A DNA stretch of 64,000 nucleotides from an uncultured virus (IMG/VR IMGVR_UViG_3300042880_001179) (lineage: Duplodnaviria; Heunggongvirae; Uroviricota; Caudoviricetes): IMG/VR virus record IMGVR_UViG_3300042880_001179, one strand, 5' to 3'. Both the position numbers and the translations under genes were made by a program. A model generated the notes under the pieces. The model searched no databases and was not told the origin of the DNA. It was given only the letters and a program-made list of their open reading frames with translations. Below, piece by piece: positions 1 through 8,916 of the stretch; the stretch's first letter is position 1, and each line of letters starts with the position of its first letter.

Positions 1-78
1 TGGGGATTGTGCTTTTAATTGAGGCTGTTGGGTTCGGATTTTTTTTTATTATGGCAGCAATTCGATAAGGAGACTAAC

Positions 79-342
79 ATGAGTTACAGCGTTGAAGAAC
101 TGAAGGTTATGTTGAAGAAGGCTTTGGCTACAGCTAAGGCTAATCGGCTTAATCTTGAAGAAGTTTTGGAAGAGAATTCCATTCTAAGGGCGCAAGTAGC
201 AGGTTTGCAAGCTAGAGTCAGCGACCAAGAGGATCTGTACGACAATATTGCAGCTATTAGAAGAAATAGTGCATTCTCGGCAGGGAAGCAAAATTCAATG
301 GAATACATGATGTCGAGTGAGTATAATAAGAGAAATAGATAA
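79..342 (+). CDS. hypothetical coiled-coil protein
   Basis: AAGGAG RBS before ATG 79; heptad-like LEEVLEENSILRAQVAGLQARV. Confidence 0.7.
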   Translation: MSYSVEELKVMLKKALATAKANRLNLEEVLEENSILRAQVAGLQARVSDQEDLYDNIAAIRRNSAFSAGKQNSMEYMMSSEYNKRNR

Positions 343-345
343 ATT

Positions 346-383
346 AAAAAAGCCCGCTAAGTATATGCTTGGCGGGCTTTTTT
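346..383 (+). terminator. intrinsic (probably bidirectional) terminator
   Basis: A6-GCCCGCTAAG-tatatg-CTTGGCGGGC-T6. Confidence 0.75.
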
Positions 384-407
384 GTGTCAAGTATAATAAA
401 TATCTTT

Positions 408-1079
408 ATGATAAGTTTTAAAGAGTATGTAATGTCGAAGCAGAAAGTTAATCTGACTGAAGCAAGTTTGTTTGATTCGCCATTTTTGTTTAAAGAGATG
501 GCGGTATTGAATCCAAATGCTTTGCAAAAAACACAATCTGCAATGCAGTTCATTAAAGATAACAATATTCCGGGTGTAATTATTGGTGGTATGGCTGTTA
601 GTCATTATACAGTAGATCGTACTTTGACACCCGATGTAGACTTTTTAACTCCAGACATAAACTATGTTAAATCTATTTTAACTAAAGAGGATATTGATTT
701 TGAACCATTGATGTCTGATAACGGTGCTTTTAGTGGAATTATGGTTAAGGTATATGATACAGACTTTTTGGATGCTTCTAAGGGAACTCCAATCTTAAAT
801 CAATTTATTCTTGATACTGCAACCACAGCAACTATTGGTGGTCAGCAGTTCCCTATTATCAATCCTCATGCTTTGACTATTATGAAGTTTGTAACAGGTA
901 GGGAAAAGGATACAACTGACGCTTTTAACTTACTTCCCATGTTACGAAAGAGCGAATTCCAAACTTTAATTAAGGAATTGTCAGGCCGGTATAAGGTTGC
1001 AGAAGCATTAACTGCACATGATAAAAAAGCTCGTAAAGAATTAAAAGATATATTCAGCTATGCCAGCATGGCAAAATAA
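408..1079 (+). CDS. nucleotidyltransferase-fold protein (pol-beta superfamily, AbiEii/DUF6036-like)
   Basis: IIGGMAVSHY...TPDVDF motif and C-terminal K...GREKD; start chosen at MISFKEY after TAAATA. Confidence 0.65.
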   Translation: MISFKEYVMSKQKVNLTEASLFDSPFLFKEMAVLNPNALQKTQSAMQFIKDNNIPGVIIGGMAVSHYTVDRTLTPDVDFLTPDINYVKSILTKEDIDFEPLMSDNGAFSGIMVKVYDTDFLDASKGTPILNQFILDTATTATIGGQQFPIINPHALTIMKFVTGREKDTTDAFNLLPMLRKSEFQTLIKELSGRYKVAEALTAHDKKARKELKDIFSYASMAK

Positions 1080-1130
1080 ATTTCATAAAATAGTTTTGGT
1101 GATTGTCCGTAAGGCATAAGGAGGTGAGCG

Positions 1131-1322
1131 ATGGCAAGGACTAAAACTTGTACTTGTGGTTCTGAAGCTGCATTCAACAATTATTGTGCAGCATATGTGT
1201 GTGGTAATTGTGACACTCATGTAGGATTAGCTAGGTGTTATTGTGGGTGGTCTGAATCGGGTGGTAATGGCAGACAAGAATTGGTTGATATGGGTGAGAC
1301 AATTGAGCCTGAGGATTATTAA
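1131..1322 (+). CDS. small Cys-rich (zinc-binding-like) protein
   Basis: AGGAGGTG RBS; CTCG, C..VCGNC..H, CYCG. Confidence 0.7.
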   Translation: MARTKTCTCGSEAAFNNYCAAYVCGNCDTHVGLARCYCGWSESGGNGRQELVDMGETIEPEDY

Positions 1323-1352
1323 GATATCACAATAATTTTGGTAAGTTTGTAA

Positions 1353-1535
1353 TAAGAATTGTCCGTAAGGTGTTCCAACTAACATAAGGAGTTTGAAATG
1401 GAAATGGGATTTTTTCTTGCTCTTGCTGGTTTTGTGATAATGTACTTTCACCACCAATGGCAACTAAAGAATCGGAAAGAAGAGAAGTAAGAATTGTCCG
1501 TAAGGTGTTCCAACTAACATAAGGAGTTTGAAATG
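1353..1535 (+). repeat. 48-bp perfect direct repeat (promoter -10 + RBS + ATG)
   Basis: TAAGAATTGTCCGTAAGGTGTTCCAACTAACATAAGGAGTTTGAAATG at 1353-1400 and 1488-1535. Confidence 0.95.
1398..1490 (+). CDS. 30-aa single-TM microprotein
   Basis: MEMGFFLALAGFVIMYFHHQWQLKNRKEEK; own promoter and AAGGAG RBS; below ORF-track cutoff. Confidence 0.7.
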   Translation: MEMGFFLALAGFVIMYFHHQWQLKNRKEEK

Positions 1536-1619
1536 AATAGTTTAACTTTTTTGGCAATTGCTGCTTTTGTTGGTATGTATTTCGCTCGGCAACATACTTT
1601 AAAAAATAGGGATGATTGA
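1533..1619 (+). CDS. 28-aa single-TM microprotein, paralogue of 1398-1490
   Basis: MNSLTFLAIAAFVGMYFARQHTLKNRDD; shares FLA.A.FV.MYF..Q..LKNR. Confidence 0.7.
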   Translation: MNSLTFLAIAAFVGMYFARQHTLKNRDD

Positions 1620-1624
1620 GCTAC

Positions 1625-1736
1625 ACTACGGGGGGCGAAAACAAAATCGCCTCTGCCCATCACGGTTAAATTATATCCGTTAAGGCGGGTATAGCAGGGC
1701 AATACAGGTGAAACTGTCGAATACCCCGTTTGTGGT
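1625..1736 (+). ncRNA. candidate structured RNA
   Basis: GC-rich intergenic segment with nested complementary pairs ACGGGG/CCCCGT, GGCGA/TCGCC, TGCCC/GGGCA, ACGG/CCGT, ACAG/CTGT. Confidence 0.35.
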
Positions 1737-1754
1737 ACTTAGAAGGAGAGACCT

Positions 1755-1991
1755 ATGGTAGCATTTAAGAATTGGGAACCTTCTGAGAGTGATATAGTCT
1801 GGGTGTCTAATCTTGTCAATATTCTTAAGGAAGGTGCTGTTTGGACTCTTCCCATGAATGGCCAACAGTATCAATTTTTCCACAGCAAGAAAGAAATTCA
1901 TTTTGTTAGTGGCCCGATGGATAATATGTTTACCAAAAACAAACTGGCGTTTTCTCAAATAGGATATACAGTTTTTGATAAACGAAGATAG
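1755..1991 (+). CDS. hypothetical protein
   Basis: AAGGAG RBS; 78 aa ORF ending at next promoter unit. Confidence 0.7.
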   Translation: MVAFKNWEPSESDIVWVSNLVNILKEGAVWTLPMNGQQYQFFHSKKEIHFVSGPMDNMFTKNKLAFSQIGYTVFDKRR

Positions 1992-2055
1992 CATTTATTT
2001 TTTGCTAAATCAACAATAAGTATTGTCCGTAGGGTGTAACCACTAATAAGGAGTT

Positions 2056-2451
2056 ATGGCCATGAGACAGCGCAAGACATTAAGTGGGTTTGTGTTTCGT
2101 AATCTGCACCAAGAAGGTGTAACTTACAGCGTAAGGGATTCTAAAGGCAAAACAATTTTACACACCTATGGTGTTGTTGTTAAGAACCCTAAGTTTGTGG
2201 TGCAGCCCGGAGGCAGGGCAAGAGTGTTACAAACCGGCAAAAAGACTGTTCATGCTGGTGTAAAAGGTGAAATTGTTTTAGATCCTCATGAAATCAGCGA
2301 TGTTATATTTCAATTCTCAAATAAGAATAAGGCTTATTACAATCCCTTAAAGTATGAAACATTTGTAACTGCTGAAGGTAATCCTATATTTTCCGCCGAA
2401 TATGCGTTTCTAACAAGCGAAGACGGTAAAGCTAAAGTAATGTATTGCTAG
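2056..2451 (+). CDS. conserved-looking phage hypothetical protein
   Basis: promoter 2025 + RBS; RNLH...F.VQPGGRARV...VHAGVKG. Confidence 0.75.
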   Translation: MAMRQRKTLSGFVFRNLHQEGVTYSVRDSKGKTILHTYGVVVKNPKFVVQPGGRARVLQTGKKTVHAGVKGEIVLDPHEISDVIFQFSNKNKAYYNPLKYETFVTAEGNPIFSAEYAFLTSEDGKAKVMYC

Positions 2452-2572
2452 CAGAATAATTTTGATAAGTAAGTAATAATTTTTGTCCGTAGGTTGTAAA
2501 TGGCACTTGAAAATATTTTTTAGGGTGCTATTGTGTATGTAGTATATTTTTCTTGATAGGGGGAGTTTATTT

Positions 2573-2737
2573 ATGAGCAGGGAATCGGCATTAAAAGCTT
2601 GGGAAACTCGGCGTTTTAACAAGCGTTCGGAAATAGCCCTCAAGGCTGTTGCTACTAGAAAGAGTAATATTTTGAAAAACAAGCGTTCTGTTGCTGCACA
2701 TAAGGCATGGGCTAAGAGACGGAGTAATATTTCCTGA
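2573..2737 (+). CDS. 54-aa basic repeat protein
   Basis: GGGGAG RBS; MSRESALKAWETRRFNKRSEIALKAVATRKSNILKNKRSVAAHKAWAKRRSNIS with three A.KA..(T/K)R(R/K) units. Confidence 0.65.
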   Translation: MSRESALKAWETRRFNKRSEIALKAVATRKSNILKNKRSVAAHKAWAKRRSNIS

Positions 2738-2795
2738 AAATGTATGGGAATGAATGGTTTCATTCTCAATTTTTAAATTTAAATGGAGTTTTTAC

Positions 2796-5528
2796 ATGTT
2801 AAATACTGTATATGCCAAGGGCAGTGATTTGGGTTTTCATGGTTCTGTAGTCAGTTCGCAAAAGAAAGCTGTTGACCGTTTTTTGCGTAGTCTCAAGCAG
2901 GCGGATGTTTGTTTTAAAAATGCCAAGAAAATCTTGTTGGAAAAGATAATTGATGAAAAAACTTATAATATTGAACCAATTATGGAGAAATTTGAATTTG
3001 ATTTTATTTCGGTGATTGCAAAAATTGAGAATGAGATTTCAAAGAATTCGGAAATGCAGAAGAAATTATGCAAGACTGAAGAAAAATATTATGATGCTAT
3101 GCGTTCTGTTTATAACAGAATTTATACGGATTACAATTTGGGTGATGCTAAGACTCTTGGTGATGAATCAGATTTGTGGAAGATGTGTTTTTGGGAAAAT
3201 GAAGTTGTTAGTTTCATGCTTCATTTTTCAAAATTTTATATGACTTGGGAAGGGCGTGATGAGGAATTGCGTTCTAGTCGCAAAGTGAATTGGAATTCCA
3301 TGCAAGTTGCCAAGAGCATGGAGAAGTGTTTGTATGCCAATCTTAGTCCTTTGATGATGAACATTATTAACGGTGAAGTTCATTGTGCCAAAATTTTGAT
3401 GTTGAATGATACGGGTCATGAGCAACAGATCCGGCGCAATGATCTTTTTGTTCAGCTTTTGTTTAATCATATTACTGTAAAGTATAATATTAGTGGCAAA
3501 GTAGATGATCCGTTTTGGAATGAAAAAGCGTTGAAATATTATAATGAGGAAGTTAACAATCATTTGAATACTGATGATCATATAGAAAGTTCTGATGAAA
3601 GTACTACTTTATCTGAAATTGAAAAAACAAGGATATTCCGTCGTGGTCGTGGTCCGTTGACTGATAAACTCCGTAATTTCATGCGTATTTGCATCCAAAA
3701 AGGATTATATTGCACATTGTTGCTTGATGAAAGTCAAAATGCAACCGGGCGAAATGGTGTTTATCACAAGTTTATGGCGGCAGTAATTGAGCCGGAGGCA
3801 TTTGAAAAAATGCTTCAGGATGAGAAAGAAAATGGTTTAATGTATTGTGAGGAAGATGCAGAAGCTAAAGAAAAAATTGGGGAAGTAGAGAAGGACAAAG
3901 TTTTGCTCAAATTGTTGCATAACAAATTTGTGCGTGCCGAGTATTGGACTGCAACACCGCCCCATCATTATGGAACCAAAGCAGAACAAAGCTACGGTGT
4001 TGTAGGCCTTGAGCATACCGGAATTCATTGCACTAATCAGATCTGGATTAAAAATATTGATGGTGTTTACATGAATGAAAAAGACGCAGATGGACTTAAG
4101 TCTAACATTGTAGACTTGGAAGAATGCTTTTTCAAAATTGATGGTGAAAAGCTCAATGTTCTATATTACAACCCTACTTTGTACAGTAATCCGGGCAAAT
4201 TTAGGGCACATAAAAAACGCAAAAAGCTACCTGCTACTTTTACTCATGATATGTATAGGGAAATTTGCCATAGGATTTTTGCAAGACTGATTGAACAACA
4301 AGCAAATAAGACAGAAAAAGTGCATTTAGATAAGTGCATTGATCCTGATGGAAAATCTTGGATTGCCATGCGTGTTACAAGACAAAACACCTTGACAGAA
4401 GATGTTCTTATTCCGGGTATTATTCGCCACTTAAGGAATCCTGATAATTTTGTATTACAGACATATAACAATAAAACCAAAAATCAGCCTGAATTTGAAG
4501 GCAAGAATTTCTTTTTGCGTAAATTCTGCCGTATTGTAATGAACAAACCAGAGAATACTGGCAAATCATTTGTGGTGTTTTTCACCGCCAAAGGAAGATG
4601 TGGCGACCAATTTCCCATTGACTTTAGGTCTTTTGTCGAAATACCCGGCTTGAATTGTTTTGACACTACGGTGCTGTTGCAAAGTTTTTATGGCAGAAGC
4701 AATGGTTATTTCAAAGGTGTGCCTAATGTTCTTATGCCAAAAGATCAAGCTGATTTAATTAGAGAGTATATCGAACTGCAAGGTGTTGTGCCACCTTCTG
4801 GCGATGCTAAAAATACAAAATGGCAAGGAGCATTAGCCATGACTCAGGATATTTCTGTATACCAGCCAAATATTGATTCTAAATTCGACGGAGAACATTA
4901 TCGTCCCGAAAAAAATGAATTCGAATGTGTTAATCCCAAATTAGCCGAAGCTTTGCATGAAATTGAAAAAAGCCTAATTTCTGCAACATCTCATATCGGT
5001 AATTCTACTAGAGGAATGCCTACGGAAATTCCGATTGATGTTATTGCCAAATTTGTTACCGCTGCAAAACAAGCAGGCATCAAAGCTGCAGATGTAAACA
5101 ATTTGCAATATCTGTATAAAAGACGTAACGGAGATTATATGCGTCATGTTTACTTTGACCCCCAAAAAAGCAAGCCAGCTGCCATTAAAGTTAAAAACCG
5201 TGGTGCAAGAAAGGGTGATAGGAGCATAGGCGGTAGCGTTTCAGGAAACTCTCAAAGTCTAGGAGGTTCCGAAATTTTCCAGCCAACTCTTACTTGGCAT
5301 CCAGTTTGGAAAAATGGAATACAAGTGGGCAAAAAGCTTATATCAGTTCAATTGCTTATGCACAGCTGCATGACTGTTCCAGACAGAACTCCATTACTTG
5401 GGTGCAACAAATATAATCGTTCTACAGTAAAAGTAACATCAGACAGGGTTGTTGACCCAAATAAGTCCGCAAGTGGCTTTGTAGATGGCTTTGTTAACCA
5501 TGAAAAAGAATCCGATGATGCCAAATAA
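2796..5528 (+). CDS. SF2 helicase-like protein, Z1-domain family-like
   Basis: LLLDESQ (Walker B-like), YWTATP (motif III), LLQSFYGRSNGY (motif VI like Z1 proteins), degenerate Walker A MQVAKS. Confidence 0.5.
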   Translation: MLNTVYAKGSDLGFHGSVVSSQKKAVDRFLRSLKQADVCFKNAKKILLEKIIDEKTYNIEPIMEKFEFDFISVIAKIENEISKNSEMQKKLCKTEEKYYDAMRSVYNRIYTDYNLGDAKTLGDESDLWKMCFWENEVVSFMLHFSKFYMTWEGRDEELRSSRKVNWNSMQVAKSMEKCLYANLSPLMMNIINGEVHCAKILMLNDTGHEQQIRRNDLFVQLLFNHITVKYNISGKVDDPFWNEKALKYYNEEVNNHLNTDDHIESSDESTTLSEIEKTRIFRRGRGPLTDKLRNFMRICIQKGLYCTLLLDESQNATGRNGVYHKFMAAVIEPEAFEKMLQDEKENGLMYCEEDAEAKEKIGEVEKDKVLLKLLHNKFVRAEYWTATPPHHYGTKAEQSYGVVGLEHTGIHCTNQIWIKNIDGVYMNEKDADGLKSNIVDLEECFFKIDGEKLNVLYYNPTLYSNPGKFRAHKKRKKLPATFTHDMYREICHRIFARLIEQQANKTEKVHLDKCIDPDGKSWIAMRVTRQNTLTEDVLIPGIIRHLRNPDNFVLQTYNNKTKNQPEFEGKNFFLRKFCRIVMNKPENTGKSFVVFFTAKGRCGDQFPIDFRSFVEIPGLNCFDTTVLLQSFYGRSNGYFKGVPNVLMPKDQADLIREYIELQGVVPPSGDAKNTKWQGALAMTQDISVYQPNIDSKFDGEHYRPEKNEFECVNPKLAEALHEIEKSLISATSHIGNSTRGMPTEIPIDVIAKFVTAAKQAGIKAADVNNLQYLYKRRNGDYMRHVYFDPQKSKPAAIKVKNRGARKGDRSIGGSVSGNSQSLGGSEIFQPTLTWHPVWKNGIQVGKKLISVQLLMHSCMTVPDRTPLLGCNKYNRSTVKVTSDRVVDPNKSASGFVDGFVNHEKESDDAK

Positions 5529-5550
5529 TAACCAAAAAAAGGAGATTGCC

Positions 5551-6495
5551 ATGAGTCATCATATCAATGGTTTTTGGAAATTGGCCAAACGCAAAAACAA
5601 ACTCAGAATGTACATTGCCAAAAGCTTTGAACAAACACAACCTAAAGTAAGTTTGTTTTTGCCGGGAATTGATATCGCCTGCATTAAAACAATTTGGGAA
5701 GGAGGGCATGTACATTCGAAAATGAAAATCATACTTGTAGAAAGAAATCCTAAAATAATGCAAGAAATAAAAGAAAAAGTTTTAAAATTGTCCAAACAAC
5801 TTCACCAACAATGCACTTTTCACACAGGAGAATTGCATGACCTTATATTGAATTACAAAATAGAATTTTCTTACATTGACCTTCTGGGAAATATAACACT
5901 TGATTTGTATCAATGGTTCACAGATCAATACCTAAAAAATGTTTCCCCCACATGCGTCACATTCCTGACGGTTCAAAAAGCATATAGAGGAAATACATTC
6001 ATGAGAGCATGGCGTAATTATATCTGGAATGTAGATGCCGAACTCAAGAAAATATTCTATTCCTACAGAGAGGATCAAAAAAGAAAACACCCAGAAATAA
6101 AACAATCATTTTATAATAGAAAAGTACCATATACACTTTGGCTGCTAGATGGGATGTTCAGACAAACCAGAAAACAACATGTGTACAAAAATATATTGCA
6201 ATATAAAGACATTAAAGATGGCACAATGGCTTGCACTATGCTTCTTATTAAAATAAAACTCAAAACCAAAGCCACTTCCGTTAATATACCTGATATGTCA
6301 AAAATAGACTTAGATCATATGATTAAATGCTTGGAATCACGACCAGTTGTTTCAATAAAAAGTTTAAAACGTAAGCTAGCAGGTCAAAAAGCTGCATATA
6401 CACGAGCTATCAGAAATGGCAATACCACCAAGTTGAAATTATATAAAATTAATATAAACAGATTACAGCGTTTCTTGGCCAAGTCTGCCAAGTGA
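5551..6495 (+). CDS. putative class I SAM-dependent methyltransferase-like protein
   Basis: LFLPG...IILVERN...FSYIDLLG pattern; basic C-terminal LAGQKAAYTR; GGAG RBS before 5551. Confidence 0.4.
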   Translation: MSHHINGFWKLAKRKNKLRMYIAKSFEQTQPKVSLFLPGIDIACIKTIWEGGHVHSKMKIILVERNPKIMQEIKEKVLKLSKQLHQQCTFHTGELHDLILNYKIEFSYIDLLGNITLDLYQWFTDQYLKNVSPTCVTFLTVQKAYRGNTFMRAWRNYIWNVDAELKKIFYSYREDQKRKHPEIKQSFYNRKVPYTLWLLDGMFRQTRKQHVYKNILQYKDIKDGTMACTMLLIKIKLKTKATSVNIPDMSKIDLDHMIKCLESRPVVSIKSLKRKLAGQKAAYTRAIRNGNTTKLKLYKININRLQRFLAKSAK

Positions 6496-7245
6496 ATAAT
6501 CTACATAGGATTTATCAATCTCAATACCACAGTAGGATCTGCCAAGCCTTTTTGCAGATGCTGCTGTGGTGCCACTACCACTAAAAGGATCTAAAACACA
6601 ACCACCAATAGGGCAAAATATCTGTATCAGTTGACTCGCAAGTTCCTCGGGAAATTGTGCAGGATGAGGATTGCCCTTTTTATTTTTAGATACACCTACA
6701 CTGAAAACATCTGTGCTTCTAACAATAATGTCTGGAATTGCCTCTTTATGCTGACAACATAAACCCATTTCAAAATAACGCTTGTTTGTAAAACCAACAT
6801 CACCTTTTCTGCCTAAACCCTTAGCATTTACATAAGGTTTATCTACCTTGCTAAACCAATACAAATCCTCAAAAGCTCTTCTCAACCTTTTCTTACTACC
6901 CAAAGGAGCAGCCGTAGGCTTATGCCATACAAACCTACCATTTAATTTCCAACCATTATCACATAAATGCAAAATAGTCCTCAAAACATACAAGTCCTGA
7001 CAACCATTCTTCTCATGTTCTCTTATATTTAAAATTATCGAACCATCAGATACCAAAGTCCGACTCACTAAATTAAACCACTTTAAAGTAAATTCAGCAT
7101 AAGTTTCAATGCCTATGCTAGGATAATATTTAGACCTCTGCAATGCATAAGGAGGACTTGTAAAACATAAATTTATAACACTTTCCGGCATATCTGGTAA
7201 TGTTTCAAATAAATCACCACAAATAATCTTGTTTAAATATTCCAT
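6463..7245 (-). CDS. site-specific DNA methyltransferase (N4-C/N6-A, beta class)
   Basis: FTSPPY catalytic motif, HPAQFPEEL, VLDPFSGSGTT SAM-binding motif. Confidence 0.92.
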   Translation of the reverse strand: MEYLNKIICGDLFETLPDMPESVINLCFTSPPYALQRSKYYPSIGIETYAEFTLKWFNLVSRTLVSDGSIILNIREHEKNGCQDLYVLRTILHLCDNGWKLNGRFVWHKPTAAPLGSKKRLRRAFEDLYWFSKVDKPYVNAKGLGRKGDVGFTNKRYFEMGLCCQHKEAIPDIIVRSTDVFSVGVSKNKKGNPHPAQFPEELASQLIQIFCPIGGCVLDPFSGSGTTAASAKRLGRSYCGIEIDKSYVDYSLGRLGQETL

Positions 7246-7337
7246 AAAATTAAGGGAGTATTATTTCAGCTTTTGCTAACACAATAATTTACATAAGTCT
7301 GCATATCCAGTTCTCCGTAATAATAAGGAGGTGCATA

Positions 7338-7553
7338 ATGAGTACACCAGCTGAAGTTAGGAAAGAACTTAAGAAACGGGGACTTCCCTACAATATTTAC
7401 AAGACCCATATGTGTTGGTATGTGATTGAAGGTGATGCAGATGCTTGGGAATCCACTTCCCTAAACACCTACACCTTTAATGGCAGACCAGCTAGTTGGT
7501 GGGTGGACATTATTTACGATATGCAAAAGGATTACATATCCAAACAAGCCTAA
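7338..7553 (+). CDS. hypothetical protein
   Basis: variant promoter 7313, AGGAGGTG RBS. Confidence 0.7.
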   Translation: MSTPAEVRKELKKRGLPYNIYKTHMCWYVIEGDADAWESTSLNTYTFNGRPASWWVDIIYDMQKDYISKQA

Positions 7554-7562
7554 CATATCCAC

Positions 7563-7603
7563 AAACACCTATCGGCAACAAACCCGATAGGTGTTTATCT
7601 TTT
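7563..7603 (+). terminator. intrinsic terminator
   Basis: AAACACCTATCGG...CCGATAGGTGTTT followed by T-rich tail. Confidence 0.7.
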
Positions 7604-7726
7604 GATATCACAATAAATTCGCTAAAAGGGAAATAAGAATTGTCCGTAGAGTGTTCTACTTACTTGAATTATTTTGGTAAGTGGCTAATGTGAGTGTTCC
7701 ATTACACTAATTAAGGGAATTGACCA

Positions 7727-8653
7727 ATGCGCCGAATTAACACCCGTTCTTCCCGCCCTGTTCGTAACATGGTTGAAGGTCTTGCCCGCTGGGAAGGCAA
7801 AACCCCCCTGCAATCTTTGGCAGAAATCCAAGCAGATTGGGAACCCCAAACTGTTGGACTGCAAACTATGGATGGGATTACGGTTGACGGCAAGAAAGCC
7901 GTTGTCAATCCCCTTACTAAAAAGGTCCTAGGAATTGTTTCAGATGGTTGGCGGCCTATGCACAATCGAGTGATTGCCGAAAGCATCACCGAATTGGGCG
8001 AAGCTATGGAAATGTCCATCAATCTCACCAATGCCTATAACCTAAACGGTGGTAATCTTGTCTGCCTTGAAGCACAAATTGGCAACTCTGTCGAAATTGT
8101 GCCGGGTGATGATGTAATGCCGATTGTTAAGTGCATCCAAGGTAATGGCGGTAACTCCCCACTTGCGTTCTCCTTTGAGATTATGCGATTGGTATGCTCC
8201 AATGGCATGAGAGCACCTGTTGAAGGTATGTCTGCAATATTCCGTTGCAAACACACTAAGAATATCGAAACTCGTTATTCTTGGAACTTCGATGGTGTTC
8301 TGAAAAACTTCTCAGTCATGCGTGATAACATGATTGAAAAGTTCAGGAAGTTGGCTGGAAGGTCTGCTTCCGATGCCGAAGCAAGAATGTTCTTCAATGA
8401 GATTGCGAAGAATGTAAGAGGAGATAAAGATGATAAGGCTGACCAAACCATCAGCGATATGATTGATGTTTGGAACCACCCCCGTCAGTTGAGTGCTGGC
8501 CGGAACTATTGGGGACTCCTCAATACCGCTACGGAATACCTGCAACATTACGGGTTTCGTAACGATGAACAAATGCATCTCCAGAATATCAATGGAAGTG
8601 CTGTCAGAATGAAGGACGAAGCTTTCAGGCTCGCCATATCTATGGCTGCCTAA
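7727..8653 (+). CDS. DUF932/DUF945 (LGT_TIGR03299-like) protein
   Basis: VLGIVSDGW.P.HN, RLVCSNG, RCKHT, WGLLNTATEY. Confidence 0.8.
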   Translation: MRRINTRSSRPVRNMVEGLARWEGKTPLQSLAEIQADWEPQTVGLQTMDGITVDGKKAVVNPLTKKVLGIVSDGWRPMHNRVIAESITELGEAMEMSINLTNAYNLNGGNLVCLEAQIGNSVEIVPGDDVMPIVKCIQGNGGNSPLAFSFEIMRLVCSNGMRAPVEGMSAIFRCKHTKNIETRYSWNFDGVLKNFSVMRDNMIEKFRKLAGRSASDAEARMFFNEIAKNVRGDKDDKADQTISDMIDVWNHPRQLSAGRNYWGLLNTATEYLQHYGFRNDEQMHLQNINGSAVRMKDEAFRLAISMAA

Positions 8654-8820
8654 TCGGCAAGGCCGGGGGGATGTCCCATTGCATCCCCCGTGGGGGTTGA
8701 GTCTGTGGAACAGACTAAATCGTGAACTGCGTTGACGCTCACTACTCCGATTGCCGAGCGGTTCAAACCAACGGAATTTGGACAGGACCGGTCCTAATGC
8801 CCCCACAACGGCCTCTCTTT
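8654..8820 (+). ncRNA. candidate multi-branched structured RNA
   Basis: nested stems AGGCCG/CGGCCT, GGGGGATG/CATCCCCC, GTGGGGG/CCCCCAC, AGTCTG/CAGACT, GTGA/TCAC, TCCG/CGGA in a GC-rich intergenic gap. Confidence 0.5.
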
Positions 8821-8916
8821 ATACAACTTACTGTAGTGTTACAAATTATTTTGCTAGCACAATAATTTCCATAAGTCTGCATATCCAGTTGTCCGTAATG
8901 GCAAGGAGGACGGACA

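Noticed and set aside
1690..1725. Hammerhead ribozyme (GAAAC...GTC)
   Set aside because: No CUGANGA core and no room for stem III.
8745..8800. tRNA (GCCGAGCGGTTCAAA resembles D/T-loop text)
   Set aside because: No acceptor stem, anticodon arm or properly placed T-arm could be built.
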